Part shown: in pieces, positions 21,631 through 36,084 of the stretch
Position numbering within the stretch: position 1 is the stretch's first letter
Layout: every line of letters begins with the position of its first letter
From: Nemertoderma westbladi
Lineage: Eukaryota > Animalia > Xenacoelomorpha
Assembly: GCA_032718475.1 (NCBI GenBank)
Contig: JAUCBJ010007796.1
Span: 1 to 51,412, forward strand
Reading direction: 5' to 3'
Length of the DNA stretch: 51,412 nt
Notes under the pieces: model-generated
Database searches by the model: none
Seen by the model: the letters and a program-made list of their open reading frames with translations, nothing else
What the model was told of the DNA's origin: nothing
Translations under genes and position numbers: made by a program

Positions 21631-23066
21631 AATTCCCTTGATATTAATACTGTATATTTACTATAAAAATCGTATGCACGAGTATGATGTCCTAATAATT
21701 TTTTTTTTTTCTGTATTCTGTATAAAGTAGGCCCTAAAGTGTTAATCTCACGCAGGGGTAAAGTGCACGGATTCACAGAACGAGCATAGCGAGTTAGTGA
21801 ATATTATCGAATTTCTCCTCAATGAGCTCAAATCTCTGTGAAACTGCGTCCTACCGAAGAACAATAAATAACGATGTTAGTCTTTATATCATAAAACTTT
21901 TATACTGTATAAGGGGTCATCCATAAATGACGTCACGCTGGACAGGCGTCTAAGTCGTTTTGTTTGATTCTCTGTTCAACTTTCTCCTGTTTTATTTTAT
22001 TATGTGCAGTTTTATTTGTACGCTTCTATGACAGCGGTGTCTCCACCCAAATAATATAATAATAATAATAATAGGGGGGAGGGGGGTTTTGTATTTCGTG
22101 ACGATTTGTGACGGGGGGGTGTCTGCAATATCGTGACGTCACATTATAAGTTTCCGATAAAATTACTATATATTAAATACATAACGTGTATACTTGTATA
22201 CTATTAAACGTGTATACTATTAACGTGTTTACTATTCAATTATTACCTCTTCCAATGATAACCATTAAAATCTTACCTTACGACCTCTACTGCCCTTCCA
22301 TAATTGGTAAAATTAGAGAGCGAGTTTGTAAAGAATTTCATCATTACTTTGCATCGAAAATTTTACTAAAAATCTTATATCCCTTAATGTTAGCGGTAGT
22401 TCCAAAACCCGTTTTGATTATCAATCCCACACCCAGTAGCTGATGTCTCACCAATGGCCATTATAAGCATGACTGACCACCTGTCGTGCCCATGGGAGCA
22501 TGTCTGAAAAACTCGTATTACTATAATTTGTAATGTTAGTTTATAGCTATAGTTTATAGTTGACAAATTTATTCCAGATCCTGGCTGACTAGGCTCCAAA
22601 TGTCCCATTTAGATAGGGTGGGACACTGACTCACTATTTTGATCCAGTTTACAAAAGCTTTTAGAAAATTAGTATTCCTATCAGTGGTCCAAAATTAGGC
22701 TACCTCTGTTTTTTTTCACTTTAAATGTTCCTGCTCTGCATGATGTGTTCTACAGTAAATATGGATCTGGCGCGCCTATAGTTTATTAAAACATACTTTT
22801 TTCACCAAATTAAAAAGATACATTCATCGAAAATATAGGAGGATGAGGGCAAATGTTAACCCTGTGAAATTTGCCGGTATCTACTGTACTGTACTTATAC
22901 AGTATTTAGTTATGCATTATTTAATCATTCTGAACGCACAAATACATTTTAATGATTTAATATATATTGATATATATTTAATCCCCCCAAAATACCAAGC
23001 CCCATTTACTTCACTTGCCCCCAAACAAAACCCTTTTAGAAATGTTAATAATGTGGAATAACACAT

Positions 23067-23197
23067 TTATTGCCCGGTTATCAAGTTATTTTCCCTAATA
23101 TTTTACCCTCGGGCAGGAAACCCTCGGGCTGCGCCCTCGGGTTATTCCTGCCCTCGGGTAAAATATACGGGAAAATAACTTGATAACCGTGCAATAA
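23067..23197. repeat. 131-bp near-perfect palindrome (MITE-like) with four CCCTCGGG motifs
   Basis: TTATTGCCCGGTTATCAAGTTATTTTCCC...GGGAAAATAACTTGATAACCGTGCAATAA. Confidence 0.85.
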
Positions 23198-24116
23198 GTA
23201 TTGATATAATGTGACTATGATGACACTATAGCCTATATAATGCATCACAATCTTACAGGCCTTTTGCAAGGCACCCACAGTATATCTTTAACCATAACTA
23301 GGGAACATGTCTTCAAAATGCTCTTATTTAGAATGGGAATTTCCACTGTACGTACATATTTATTTATCAGCTGGGCTAACGCCCCCAGCGGCTATATTTG
23401 TTAAGATTGTTAAATAATATTACGCAATAAAATTAGATACTCAGCTGTATCTAAGTACGAATCAATAAGATATTTAATTCTACATAGTACACATTGTCAA
23501 GACCAAATATAATATATGTCACACTCATAATTTATATATACATTATAGGGCTAGTCGAATATATAGTAGTTAATTAAATAAAATGGTGTAGCGAGCCATA
23601 TTATCCTTGCAATAAAATTTACAGGTAAAATTCATAAACAATAGTATTTCAGTCAGAGCAGGCTCAGCTTGCAGCCTATGATACCGCATCATCGTTCAAT
23701 ATCATTAAAATTGCCAAGAAAAGGCATAATTAAAATAAGCGATCTAGCACCAAAGAGACAGGCGCCTCGTTATTTTTATTAAAGTAAGTAAATAGTTAAT
23801 ACTAAAATAGGTTTATCTATAAAAAATAGTTATATAGAACATGATTAACTATGGCTACAGTGCACAATAAACTCAGATTCAGCCAAAAGATGAAGAAAAA
23901 TCAGCACATCAGCGATATAGGTCCATGAACCAGTATGAACACTGAACAGCCACTAGGCAGCGGCATCAATTCCAAAGAAATTCAGCAGCACCGCGTGGCG
24001 TGCCTGGTGGGTACCTACCATTGCGTTTAGTACACTTTGTGAGAAAAATAATCTATACGAGTTTTTTACTGACATTTCATTAGTCGACACTTCATGTACC
24101 TTCTTTTTAAAAATTT

Positions 24117-25168
24117 TCATTTTAGTTTGACTAAGTTTGGCAGGTTGTGCAGCCAGGCCGCTGCGGAATATTGTTCGAAAATATTAATGTTACATTGCCC
24201 AGATACGTGATTGCCCAATAGAAAGTTAAATAAGTATAGTAATTTCTTATTGTTGCAGTTAAACGCATTATATAAAGTTGTAGCCATTTGTAAATGTATC
24301 ATTGTATCGGGATCAAGAGAATTAACCAGTTTCACTAAGACAGGATCAGGTACATAGTTCGAAACCCGGATGATTCTGCGTACAGCCTTCCGGATTTGCA
24401 GAGAGACAAACTGTGATGACAGTCGCGTCAGTGACTCACACCCATATAGTATGGAAGGAGTACAGATACTATTCCAAACTTTTGATACGACGTGGAGCGG
24501 TACATTATCAATGCAGAACCCCCTTGCTTCCATTCTTATGGAATTTATTATAGTTTTCTTCTGGAAGTGTACCGTCAAGTTAGCGTTCGTTGGTGGTAGA
24601 GGAAGTCCAAGGTACACTTGTTATTAGAAATGAAGGTCACATCTTGTTCGGCAATATATATACTATTGTCCTCCTCGGAGGTGCCGTTTTCATTTATTAC
24701 CAAGTAGTGCGTTTTCTTTATATTGAGGACTAGGTTATGTTCCTTGAAAAAATTATAACACATTGCCGCCATCTTCACGAGGTCCGATTTAAGGTTTGCC
24801 ATTAAAATTATATCGTCCCCATAGCTGATTATGCTAAAGGAGTGTTTACCAATATGAGCACCACATTTTGAGCCAATTATGTCTGAAAATAGTTGAGTGA
24901 GGTATACATTGAATAGGAAAGGTGATATAATACCTCCTTGGCGGACGCCTTGCTGTATATCGATAGCACCGTTGTAATGAATCCCCCCAATGCGGAGGAA
25001 AGCTTTGCAGCTGCCATAATAAGACATATGTAGATTAATTAGGTTTGGTTCCACATTCGCATCCTTTAATATTTTAGATAACTTACTGTGATCCACAGTA
25101 TCAAATGCATTACTCAGGTCTAGTGATAGGATATGCATTGTCGAATGGTTTTTGTTGAAATATTGCAT
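24117..25168 (-). pseudogene. 5'-truncated non-LTR retrotransposon reverse transcriptase (RTE/RTEX-like), one frameshift near 24610
   Basis: SLDLSNAFDTVDH, GVRQGGIISPFLFNVY, YGDDIIL, YLG, PSILYGCE. Confidence 0.85.
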
Positions 25169-25199
25169 TATGTCATTATTATATATTATTATTGCATTA

Positions 25200-28100
25200 C
25201 CTCAACCAGCTCTTCCTCAATCCATCTCTGGAAATGGATTGTTTTCGGCTGGAACCCAGTTCAAGAATCGAACTGGAGAGCTATGGATTCAGAGTGGACC
25301 CAGTGGTCACAAGTCCCAGATAGACCATATTCTGTTTCGTAGGAAGTACAGGAGCTCTATACAAGACTGTAATGCATTTACACTTCGACCCTTCTCCAGT
25401 GATCACCGCCTTATTGTGGCCAAGGTAATACTTAGTCTGCGTGCTAGCAGAACAACGAAATCTGCCTTGCAGCGGCATGACTGGTCCTCTCTGTTGCAAC
25501 AGCCAAGTGTGAGATCCAGCTTCACACTACAGCTGAGCAACAGGTATGAGGTTCTTGCCTCTGAGGCGGCAGATCACTGTGAGGGCTATTCTGCCTTCAC
25601 TGAATCCAGAAGTGCCGAAATGACCTATATAAGGCGCAGAAAGAGTCCCGACTCAAACAGACTACAGCGGCCAAGAATGCAGTTAAGGCTGCATCTAGGT
25701 CCCTGAACAGTCAGTACTCTGTTAATCTACAGGAGCTAATAAACAAACAGGTTGATGCCATCAATGATGCTGAGGACAGCAGGCAATCATCCCAGGCATG
25801 GAAATCGATCAACTTGCTTACTGGGCGGAAAAACCAACCAACCACCAAGTTTAAGGCTGAATCACCAGCCGATCGCCTCAATGGTTGGAAGGCCCACTTT
25901 GAAAAGCTCCTCAATAATGACAGGGTATTGCCTGATAACTTTATAGAAGTAAAAGTGTCTGCGTCTGTACTCCCAGATATTCCCATTGGCGATATCTCCT
26001 TTGCAGAAGTGAAGGCTGCTGCAAAGAGCATGAAGACCAATCGTGCCAGTGGAGTAGATGGTGTTCCCCCTGAGGTCTTAAAAAATACTTGAGTGTTTAA
26101 AGCTCATCTATCCCATCATAGTAGACATGTACCGAACAACAAGAGTCCCACAAGAAATGAAAACAAATAAGTTGGTGCCAGTTCCCAAGAAGGGCAGCCT
26201 GACACTCTATGGTTCTTTTCGGGAAATCTCATTGATCTCGATTGCTGCAAAGCTATACAATAGAATTCTATTAAATCGCATCAGGGATCCCAATGAGAGA
26301 CTGCTCCGTGGAAATCAGAATGGGTTTCGTAAAGGTCGTGGGACCATGGAGCCCATTTTGGCACTTAGAAGGATAATTGAAGAGTTATCAAAAAGGAAAG
26401 GCTGTTATCTTTGTTGACTTCTTCAAGGCCTTTGATTCAGTCTCCCGCTCACGTATGTTCAGCATACTTTCATTATATGGGATTCCTGATGAAATTATTG
26501 CAGCAATCAGATCAGAATACGATGGTTCGACAACATTTGTGTCTACTGTTGATGGTGACACAGAACCATTTGAAGTGTTATGTGGCGTCCTCCAGGGAGA
26601 CACACTTGTACCATTCTTGTTCATAATTGTGGTTGACTATGTTCTACGCATGTCCTTAGATCATCATAATGATGATGGGGTGATGATAACTCCACCTAAT
26701 GGCTCCAGAAGTCGAGGAAATCCTGCCAAGTACATAACTGATCTAGACTTTGCTGATGACTTAGGAGTACTCTCAGAATCACTAGATGGAGCCCAACGGC
26801 TCCTCAGCTCATTAGAACATGCTGCTTCTAGTGTTGGTCTTTTTATTAACTCTAGAAAGACCAAAATTTTGATAGTTAACTTTGAAAGTTCTCAGCAAGT
26901 CTTTGATCGGATGAGCATAAGCTCAAAGGATGGTATGCTTGAGCATGTGTGTAAAAGCTTTTGCGGACATAACAAGTCATTTTTACGCAATGCGCAGAAT
27001 ACTCTAAAATAGCCCTAAAATTGTTCAACTACGCGTCGGAAAGAAATTAGAACCAAGATGACGAAATCTGTCAGCTGATTCTTTGTGTACGTGGAGATCT
27101 CTTTGTTCAAGCTTATTCAGCCAATCAGAGCACTCTTCCCAGTTATGCCAGTAGAGACCTACCCGAGGAAACTAGCGCATGCGCATTTAGTTAGCGATTT
27201 TCTGAGAATTAGATTCCTCTCAGAATTCTGTACTAAGTACGGACGTTGACGTACGACTTTAGCCCAAGAACATCTTATGGCTGGAGTTATAAGGACGTAA
27301 ATCTATTAACATCGTAACACCAATTCATACTGGTCATACACTTGTCATACTGGAACACTGAACTTCATGAACACATACTGACTGTTCACCGCACTATTTT
27401 AATGCTGTTTTATAATGTGTTAATTGTTGTTTATATTAATGGATGTTATATTTGGAGAATACCGATAAATAATCGTAAACCCCCTCAATCTTCTTGATTA
27501 CTGAGGTAAGCGGAGAAAGAGTTTACCGGTAGCAACTGTGACTCAAATTATAGTGGTTTTTGTGTGAATTAAATGCTATTTTATAATCCTTACGTGTGTC
27601 CAGTTGCAATCCTCCTTATATATGATCAAAATCAGTGACGGTCGGCAAATTAGTGTGAATTAGTGTGAAGTAGTGTGAAGTCGTGTGAAGGTTAATAAAG
27701 CATCTCCTAAAGAATGCGCTATTTACGAAACTCTGTGGCCTTCTAGTTGTGATTAGTGTAAGTCATAACTTTGTTTTTATACTTAAAGCGCCACGTCCTA
27801 AAGGAACTGTTAATATTTCTCCGAAAGTAAATATAGTTGTCAGAGATTATATAGTAGCGATCAATCGAATAATACAAAGTAGCTTACACCGCACTAACTT
27901 CCTCCGGAACCCAAATCCAGTCTCCCACACCGTGGGTCATACGCTGCGCACGGACTGGCTTCGGCAGATGTAAATTCAGTGCACCAGGTAATTGGTTCGG
28001 GCAAAGTCGATTCATAATCAAAAGGACATTTAAAATTGGCAGGTTAAACTGCTAAAGGTCTGAAAGCGCGAACAATGTGGACGACTTCTGTTTCCTGGGA

Positions 28101-28693
28101 TAATGGAACCGGAAGTCAGGTGAGGACCTTCGAATACGTAAGGGAAATGCATGGGCAGCATTGAATAGGCTTTTCAGGATTTGGAAGTCACCAAGAATTA
28201 ATCGGAAACTTAAGGTCCGATTATTTAGAGCAGCAGTAGTTCCAGTACTCCTCTATGGGAGTCCATGCTGGGCTCTAACTGCTGAGGACACCAAATCTCT
28301 GGATGGCACATTCACAAGAATGCTACGCGTGGGTTCATTGTGTCAAGTACAATGCACACATCTCCAACCAGACACTATATAACATTGGAGGTGTCTCATT
28401 TGATTCCCCCAAGCTTGCCACTAGATCAAAATCGCCTCCGCTTTGCAGGACATTGCTTTCGTCGCGAGGACCAGCCAGGGCATAATCTTGTACTTTGGCA
28501 GCCTCATGGAGTGAATAAGCATGGTGGACAGCCCATGACTTTCTTGAGACGCATCTTAAAGGACACTGGCCTTGAAGATGCGGATGATCTAGCAAATGTC
28601 ATGGGTGATAGGGAGTTGTGGCGGCACAATTTTGTCGACAGCATTCTTAAAAATGCAGCTGCAATGCAGCATGCCGATACAAGTAGTAGTAGT
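25200..28693 (+). mobile_element. Decayed RTE-clade LINE (APE plus RT), interrupted by a solo LTR
   Basis: SQIDHIL and SSDHRL (APE); QNGFRKGR, FVDFFKAFDSV, GVLQGDTL, LDFADDL, LLYGS and RLRFAGHCFR (RT and C-terminus); (AGT)n tail at 28682-28693; multiple frameshifts. Confidence 0.9.
26950..28074 (+). mobile_element. Solo LTR (1125 bp)
   Basis: TGTAA...AACA ends, TSD ATGTG (26945-26949 and 28075-28079). Removing it restores the RTE peptide LEHVDDFCFLG. Confidence 0.93.
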
Positions 28694-28770
28694 GTCCCAA
28701 ATACGTTGCTCTGTCCAGTATAGGTTGTTATAATGAGCCCCGGATTCGTCGTTGACACTTATTATATATC

Positions 28771-29039
28771 TGTAAGTTATTTTCTAAAAATATAATACAT
28801 TATTATTTTGGCACGGGCTTTATAATTGAGGGGGTGCGATTCCCACCAATAGCAGTTTAGAAATAGATTGAACTCTATTATTACCCCTACAAGTTATTAT
28901 TAGTGTAAGCTGATTGGTTACCGTCAGCTGGTGAGAGTTAGGAGAAATATAGTAGTTAGCTGGGAGAAAGCCAGTGAGATTCATTATTGTTTTGTGCATT
29001 CAGTAAACTCTATATTGGTTTATAATCTACTTATGTACA
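28771..29039 (+). repeat. Candidate 5' LTR of the downstream BEL/Pao element
   Basis: TGTAAG...TGTACA ends, CCAAT and AGTAAA motifs, followed by GGCGAGCC (partial tRNA-Arg-type PBS lacking the first T). No second LTR in the window to confirm. Confidence 0.35.
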
Positions 29040-31924
29040 GGCGAGCCGGACTTAATTGCCGGTGGCCGCTTTAATTTAGACTTAGGAGAAGTTGCGGTAT
29101 TTAAACCGCACCGTTCCGTTAATTAATAAATATTAATAACGATAGGCGAATTATTAACATTTATTTGTGTGTTGTATTGTTAATTTTAATCTACGTTACT
29201 GATTTAATTAAATCCGTAATCAGTGAATCAAGGATCAAAGAAATCGTTGTTGTTTACAAATCGTTTGAAACTGATTAAATGTTTATTCACACCGCTAACA
29301 AACGAAGCACAATGGTTCCAGATAGTCACTAAGTGATCTCTGTGGGTTCGATGGAGCGAGGGAGAGGCTGCAGTCTCTGGAGCACGCCAAGAGAAAATGT
29401 GGAACCTTGTCCAGCCAAATCAGATAAGCTTTATTTAATAAATAGCGGGGTAGACAATATCTTACGTTCTTATCTACCTTCAGTAGCTGTAGGGCTGTCC
29501 AAGGTTGCATATTAAGCGTGTTGTGCGTTGCGGTGTGCTGAATATGATTACAAGCATACTATTATAGACTTGTAAATAACTAACGCTATTAATATAACAC
29601 ACAAAATATAATAGCATTAATTAAAAGGAGCGGATCAGACGGATTTGCAAAATGCCCTGCGCCATTAACGTGGTTATATCCTAAGCGCGGCCATTGACTA
29701 GGGACTCCCAAATTTCCCCAGTTTAGTTAGTAAAAATTTGTACATTTAAATACCGGAACACCATTTTCGTGGTGTTGGTTGATACCCGTTGATTTTGCGG
29801 CGTATCTTAATAATAGGCATTTTTTCAGTACAAAATGCCGATTATTTTTAAGCGTTAGTTTCAGCACACCAGCAACTATGTGTAAGAGAGTTACCGGTGT
29901 TTCTACCGATGTATGGTTCCTAGTGTTACACCAAATGCTGCGATTGAAATGGTGTGCACGTGCGTATGACCTTGGCAGTTCTTCAGGTTATAATTGTTAT
30001 TTTGTTATGTCAATCTGTATGGTGCGTAAATTAATTGCATTAATGGGTGGGTTAATTTAATATTTACTGTAGAACCCTATCTGGTTTATTTGATTTGAGT
30101 AGCTTTGTATCGGTTTTAGGCGCACTTATTTGACGGAAACACTATTTGACCGGGTTTGTTCATCGTTTTATTTGGAAACCCTAATAATTTTTAATGAGTT
30201 TTTAGGGCTTCCAACATTGACCGTTTTTTTTTATATTGGTAACTGGCAATGAAGGGTAACTGTAGTATAGTGTACCGATGTAGCTACTGTAGTTAGTTAT
30301 CTGGATTTGAGCGACGGGTAGAGGAGTAACGCTCTACCTGAACCACCTTTAGATTCAAGCGTTTCGTCCAAGGGAATTAAGGGCCCTTGGAATCTTTTCA
30401 CTGGGTATGGCACTCAGTCTCCTGAGGCCCAGTAAGCTAGGGAGATAGTGGGCGCGGTGTTTGCCGAGAATGATTAAGGCCTCCGCGTTCATAAGAAATG
30501 AATGTCCATCCTAAAGAGGGACCGGAGCACCTATTTTTAATTTTATTTTTCTTTATAAGAGAAAATATCTTATAAAGGATTAGGCCGATTAATTAAATTA
30601 GATTATTTTGTACATGCCTGGTTGTGTAGAGTTTGGGATTATGGTGGTGCTGCCGAGCAAGATACTTATTTTTCATACCAGATAAATGAAAACGAGGGGA
30701 AAATCGTGGTCAATTATTATTTTTTCCTTTTAATTATTAAAACCCGTTTGTTTTTAGCACTGTATAATTACATGATAAAATTTATTAAAAATCTTTGAAC
30801 GGTTAGGGCGCTGCCGTATCCATAATATTAATTAACATATAATTTTTACTATGGAATAAGGCATTGATTTTAGTAACCATAGCAGCCAGATCTCATGTTC
30901 TGTTAGAACCCACAGATTTGAATCTGTGAACATTTATATTAAATTTTATATTTAAAATTTTGCCGATCTATTATTCAGTACAATAATTTGAACCTAAAAT
31001 TTAGAATTACGATTTATATTTTTCGTAGGCAGTGTTATACGAAAAATACGAGTAGATGATGGGCGATAAAAGCAATAAGGGCAAATTAGAAAATGCTTCA
31101 GCAGAAGTGCAGTTCCGCAAGGCTTGTACAAGTGTTAAAGCACAAGCTACCAAGAAAATAAATAAAATATGGGCTATTCAGTGCTGCAAGAGACGAGGTT
31201 GATCAAGAACATATTGACCAGCTAGTTTTAGAGTTGACTGAATCTGTAGACTGAGTTGACTAGAGTTGATTTTAAATATTTGATTGGCGCTTATGACAAA
31301 CTATTTATACAAGCCAATGATAGTCAATTTGCTGACGCCCATTTCAATATTTTTAAAGATGCTTGGACGGCTAGTACCACGTCCTTGATCAAGTTTTTTG
31401 AGGAGATCGTCACGTTTAATGAGTATTTAAAGCTAAACCCCATCCGTTGGTCTAGTACATTATTACCGTACGGGGATAGCCAAGTAGGCTGTTGGAATTA
31501 AGCTGGGAAGAGATTGTTGGACCGGTATTAACGCCAACAGATCCTTTTGAGTCCAAAAGACAATTAGAAAGGACGCTGGATGAGCGAACTCATATCGGCA
31601 GGGAAGATGAATCTGCTGATAAGGATGTAGAATATAAAACTCCTCCACGTATGAGTGAGCCTACAGATAGCCTGCAGGGAAATATTTCTCCTACTAAAAG
31701 CACAGTAAGTAGTGTAGAAGAATTAGTAGATTTATGAGAGAAACTGCTTCTGAACAATCTAAGTTATTGAAAGCACACCGTCTGCTGCACACCGTAATGC
31801 AGTAGTAATGTCAGTACCGTAATGCCTGTGCTAGCATAGTACCGGTAGCACTGCCCTGCTGCTGTCTGCATGCACTACTGCCCTAATTTAAGCCTATCTA
31901 ATATCCAACTAACTTCAGAACTTG

Positions 31925-32429
31925 CGGGATCGACGACCAAGAACAATACTCGAAATCTTACAATCTGCTATTCCATGGAGTTGCCGATCTACCAGAATCG
32001 GAAATCCTAAATTCCTTCGATATATCCGAGTCAGATATTGACATCATGCACCGCCTTCCAGGTAAACAGCTTCATGATAAACACATCAACGGCCGTCCAG
32101 CGAAAATTCGTCCCCGTCCTCTGCTCATTCGCTTTGTTGCATGTCGTACACGATTATCCGTTTTGAAAAACAAGAATAACCTTCCAGCCGGCGTTTACGT
32201 GACCGAACATCTAACCTCCTTCCGTGCAAGTTTACTTCGCGAATTGAAGCAGATGAAGTCAGCCAAAAAAATCCATTCCCCATATACCCGCAATGGAGTT
32301 ATAGTCGCCAAGATCGGCAACGAAAGTGAAGTAATTCCTATTCGACAATCCATCGACATAGCGAATCTTGCTGCCACTGTGGGATTTGCCCATCGGCGCC
32401 TAAACTCCACCACTGACAGTTCTCCCTAA
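31925..32429 (+). pseudogene. LINE ORF1 remnant (L1-like RRM/CTD type)
   Basis: DDQEQYSKSYNLLFHGV, IMHRL, PRPLLIRF, YVTEHLT, YTRNGVI. Confidence 0.8.
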
Positions 32430-32821
32430 GAACCAAAGGGTTTCTTCTCGTTGAAATTTCTGTATCCCACGGATTATTGGGTCGGCCTACTAGTAACATA
32501 ACCCAAGTAATTAGTCATTTTTAATTAAACGTTCATGCATCAAATAGTTCTCCCTTCAAGGGGGTCCAGTATATACCTGTATACAGTATACAGTATACAG
32601 TATTACACTACGGTGATGCAATGGTGAAGGTGTAGGCAATATATAATATAACTTGGCTAGATACGCTATGTTGGCCATAGTTAGGTTTACATATCTATTA
32701 AATCAATGATTCCTTGAAAATGCAGGCGGCAGGGGCAGCGTATGGTACAGTACAATCAGTGGAGCTAGCTTATCAATTTGGTGCTTTCTGTTTACTTAAA
32801 TTTAACCAGTCTTTATTTTTT

Positions 32822-35800
32822 ATGCCCGAATCCCATTCCTCTTGTGCGTTTTGTTTCTCCCCTTTTGTTTATTCAAACCAATCTGTCCGGTGTGCAATAT
32901 GCTGCAACTACTATCACTACCAATGTGGAACGTATCTCACCCTGCAGGAGGTTATGTCCAGACCCACAAATTTATTTTGTAATTTTTGTTCTCTTGAAAT
33001 ATTTCCATTTTTTTCAGTTCCGTCATCCGATTTTGATATTTTTTGTTCAGCCAGTTCTACCTACCTGGAGTCTGACATTCTCAACCAAACTTTTAGTCAC
33101 CTCGATCCTCATTCAAATTTAAATAATATAAACCATGACAAAGGAACCTGCACTGAGCAGCAGATTAATAAAGAATTTTCGTCATTAAAAAAGGGCTCGT
33201 CTATAAAAATTCTTCATCTAAACTGCCGCTCTTTACCTAAAAATCATTCAGCATTATTCGATTTTCTTTTATCTCTGAAATTAAAATTTGATGTACTAAC
33301 TTTTTTGAAACTTTCCTTACAGCCGACCACTCTCTGCTTGAACTCATCAAAATTGCTGGATACCAAGACCCAATTTTAACCAATCGTTCGTATGGAAAAA
33401 AATTAAACCGAGGTGGTACTGCTATTTTTGTATCAAATGATCTTGAAATCAGTGATTACCCAGATATTCAGATGGCTGGGCTCGAGAGCACTTGGGTTAA
33501 AATTAAACGTCCCCGTAATTCCAAACCTCTTATAATTGGTACAATATATCGCCCTGACACCATTGTTCACACTGACTTTCTATCCCTACTTGACTCTACA
33601 CTTTCTAAATTTACAAAAAATAACCTTGACATTATTATAATCGGGGACATGAATATTAACTTACTTAAACCGAACACTAATTCCTCTTCCTATGTCGACC
33701 TAATGTCTTCTTACGGATTCGTACAACTGATTAACAAACCCACTCGAATTTTTCATTCTGAATTATCCAACCGCACCATTCACTCTGAAACACTAATCGA
33801 CCATATATTCACTAACATTACATCCCACTCCACTACTTCTGGAACAATCTCATGTAAAATTGGAACCACTGACCACCAACCCACCTTTGTTATTCTTGAA
33901 AAATACCCGTCTATATTCGTTGCCCCTAAACAAACATTTAAATTTGACTACTCCAACTTCAATCAAACTGCATTTACTTCCGACATCGAGTCTCTGAGCA
34001 ACAGTACATTTACTAACAATTTAAACGCTTCTGATAAATTCGACAACTCTTACAATGACCTTAATATCTTATGTTCTTCTGACGTTCCCCGCACCGTAGT
34101 CCCTCTTCGCTCCATCCCACTTAAGCCATGGATGACAGAAAACCTAATAAATTGTACTCTCACAAAAAATAAACTTTACCGTACCTATATTAAAAATCCC
34201 ACTTCCAGCAATCACAAGACTTTTACAGTTTACAGAAATAAATTAACCTCTATTCTCCGCACAGCTGAGAAAAAATACTACACCAGACAGTTCCAAGAAA
34301 ATGCCGGTAACATTAAAAAAACGTGGATTATAATAAATTCGGCGCTAAATAGAAACAACTCCTCCAAACTCCCAACTAAACTCACTGTTAAAACTGAGCT
34401 TTCTACTGAAACAATTACTGACCCAACTTCTATAGCAGATCTATTCAATCAACACTTTTCCACTATTGGCCAATCACTAGCTAGTACAATTCCCTCTTCA
34501 CCACGCAGACCAACTCGCCACATAAATCCACCTCGCAATTCTTTCTCGTTAATCGAAACCTGTCCTATTGAAGTTGAATATAAACTACTACAACTAGACC
34601 CACACACTGCCTCCAATGACCCTTTTCCAACTCGCTTACTTATTCTAGCTGCTAAGCAATTATCTCATATCCTAAGTTATCTCTTTAATATATCTATTTC
34701 CCACGGTTTTTTCCCGGACACTTTAAAAAAAGCCAAAGTTATCCCAGTTTTTAAATCAGGTGAACACTGCGATCGAAATAATTACCGTCCCATCTCTCTC
34801 TTGCCAATTCTTAGTAAAATTTTTGAACAATTAATTAACTCGCAGCTTCTCTCCTACATACATAAATTCTCGATCCTTTCATCCTGCCAATATGGTTTCC
34901 GCCCCAAGACTACCACCTCTCATGCCCTACTATCCGTCATTGAAAATTTACACCAGTACCTCGACAATAAAAATTATTCCTGTGTAATATATATTGATCT
35001 AAAAAAAGCGTTCGACACAATTAACCACGATATACTTCTCCAAAAACTCTCCTGCTATGGTATCCGCGGCCTACCACTACAATTATTTTCCAGCTATCTC
35101 TCTGCTCGCACCCAATGCGTTTCTATTGGAAATAATACATCCTCCTACCTTCCTCTAAACACCGGCGTCCCTCAAGGCGCCACCTTGTCCCCCCTCCTAT
35201 TCCTCCTTTACATTAACGACCTCCCAAACGCTACCCGACTTTTCACTACGCTCTTTGCCGATGACACTACTCTATACGCCACTGGTTCGAACTTACCTCT
35301 ACTAAGCGACTTTGTTAACTCTGAACTCAACACCCTCTCTGATTGGCTGTCTGATAACAAACTCTCCTTAAATCTAACCAAAACTGAATATACTATCCTT
35401 TCTAACAAACGTTTTAACCCCGCAGATCTTAAAATTCAAATAAATAATACTCTTATCGATTTTAAAATCTCAACAAAATTTTTAGGTATTTCGGTTGATA
35501 ATAAACTTTGCTGGAACTCACATATTAATTCAATAATTAAAAAAATCTCCAAAACCGGTGGTTTATTCTATAAACTCAGATACATTTTTCCATTAAATAT
35601 CTTACGCCAACTATATTTTTCCCTTATCTACCCCTATCTATTATATGGTATCTTAATTTGGGGAAAAACCCATTCTTCTACGCTTAAACCACTACGTACC
35701 AAAATTAATAAAATAATTCGTTGTATTACATTTTCTCACAGCCGTTCATCATCCAACCCTATTTACAAATCGTTATCTATTTTACCCATTGACCTTCTAT

Positions 35801-36084
35801 ACAAACATCAAACCGCCTTACTTATGTACGACGCAAATAATAACACTATTCTTCCAACCTCCCCCATCGGTAAATTATTTAAAAAAATCTCTCATGGATA
35901 TTCTACCCGCTTAGCTGCCTCTTTTGGCTTCATCGTCCCTTTAGTTAGATTAGATTCCTCCCAATGCTCTATCCGTTATCAGGGCCCAACCATCTGGAAC
36001 TCGGTTCCCTCTGAAATCAAGATCAAAAATTCTAAAAACTCATTCTCAAAGGCATATAAACGACATATTCTAAATTATATTTAA
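32822..36084 (+). CDS. LINE ORF2: PHD finger, APE endonuclease, RT; single frameshift in the T run at ~33300
   Basis: CAFC...CAICCNYYHYQC...CNFC (PHD); HLNCRSL, GGTAIFV, GDMNINLL, LIDHIFTN and TDHQP (APE); DLKKAFDTINH, GVPQG and LFADDT (RT). 870 aa are uninterrupted. Confidence 0.92.

Noticed and set aside
29040-31050. Short ORFs upstream of BEL gag
   Set aside because: No motifs and non-ATG starts; more likely the element's long 5' leader.
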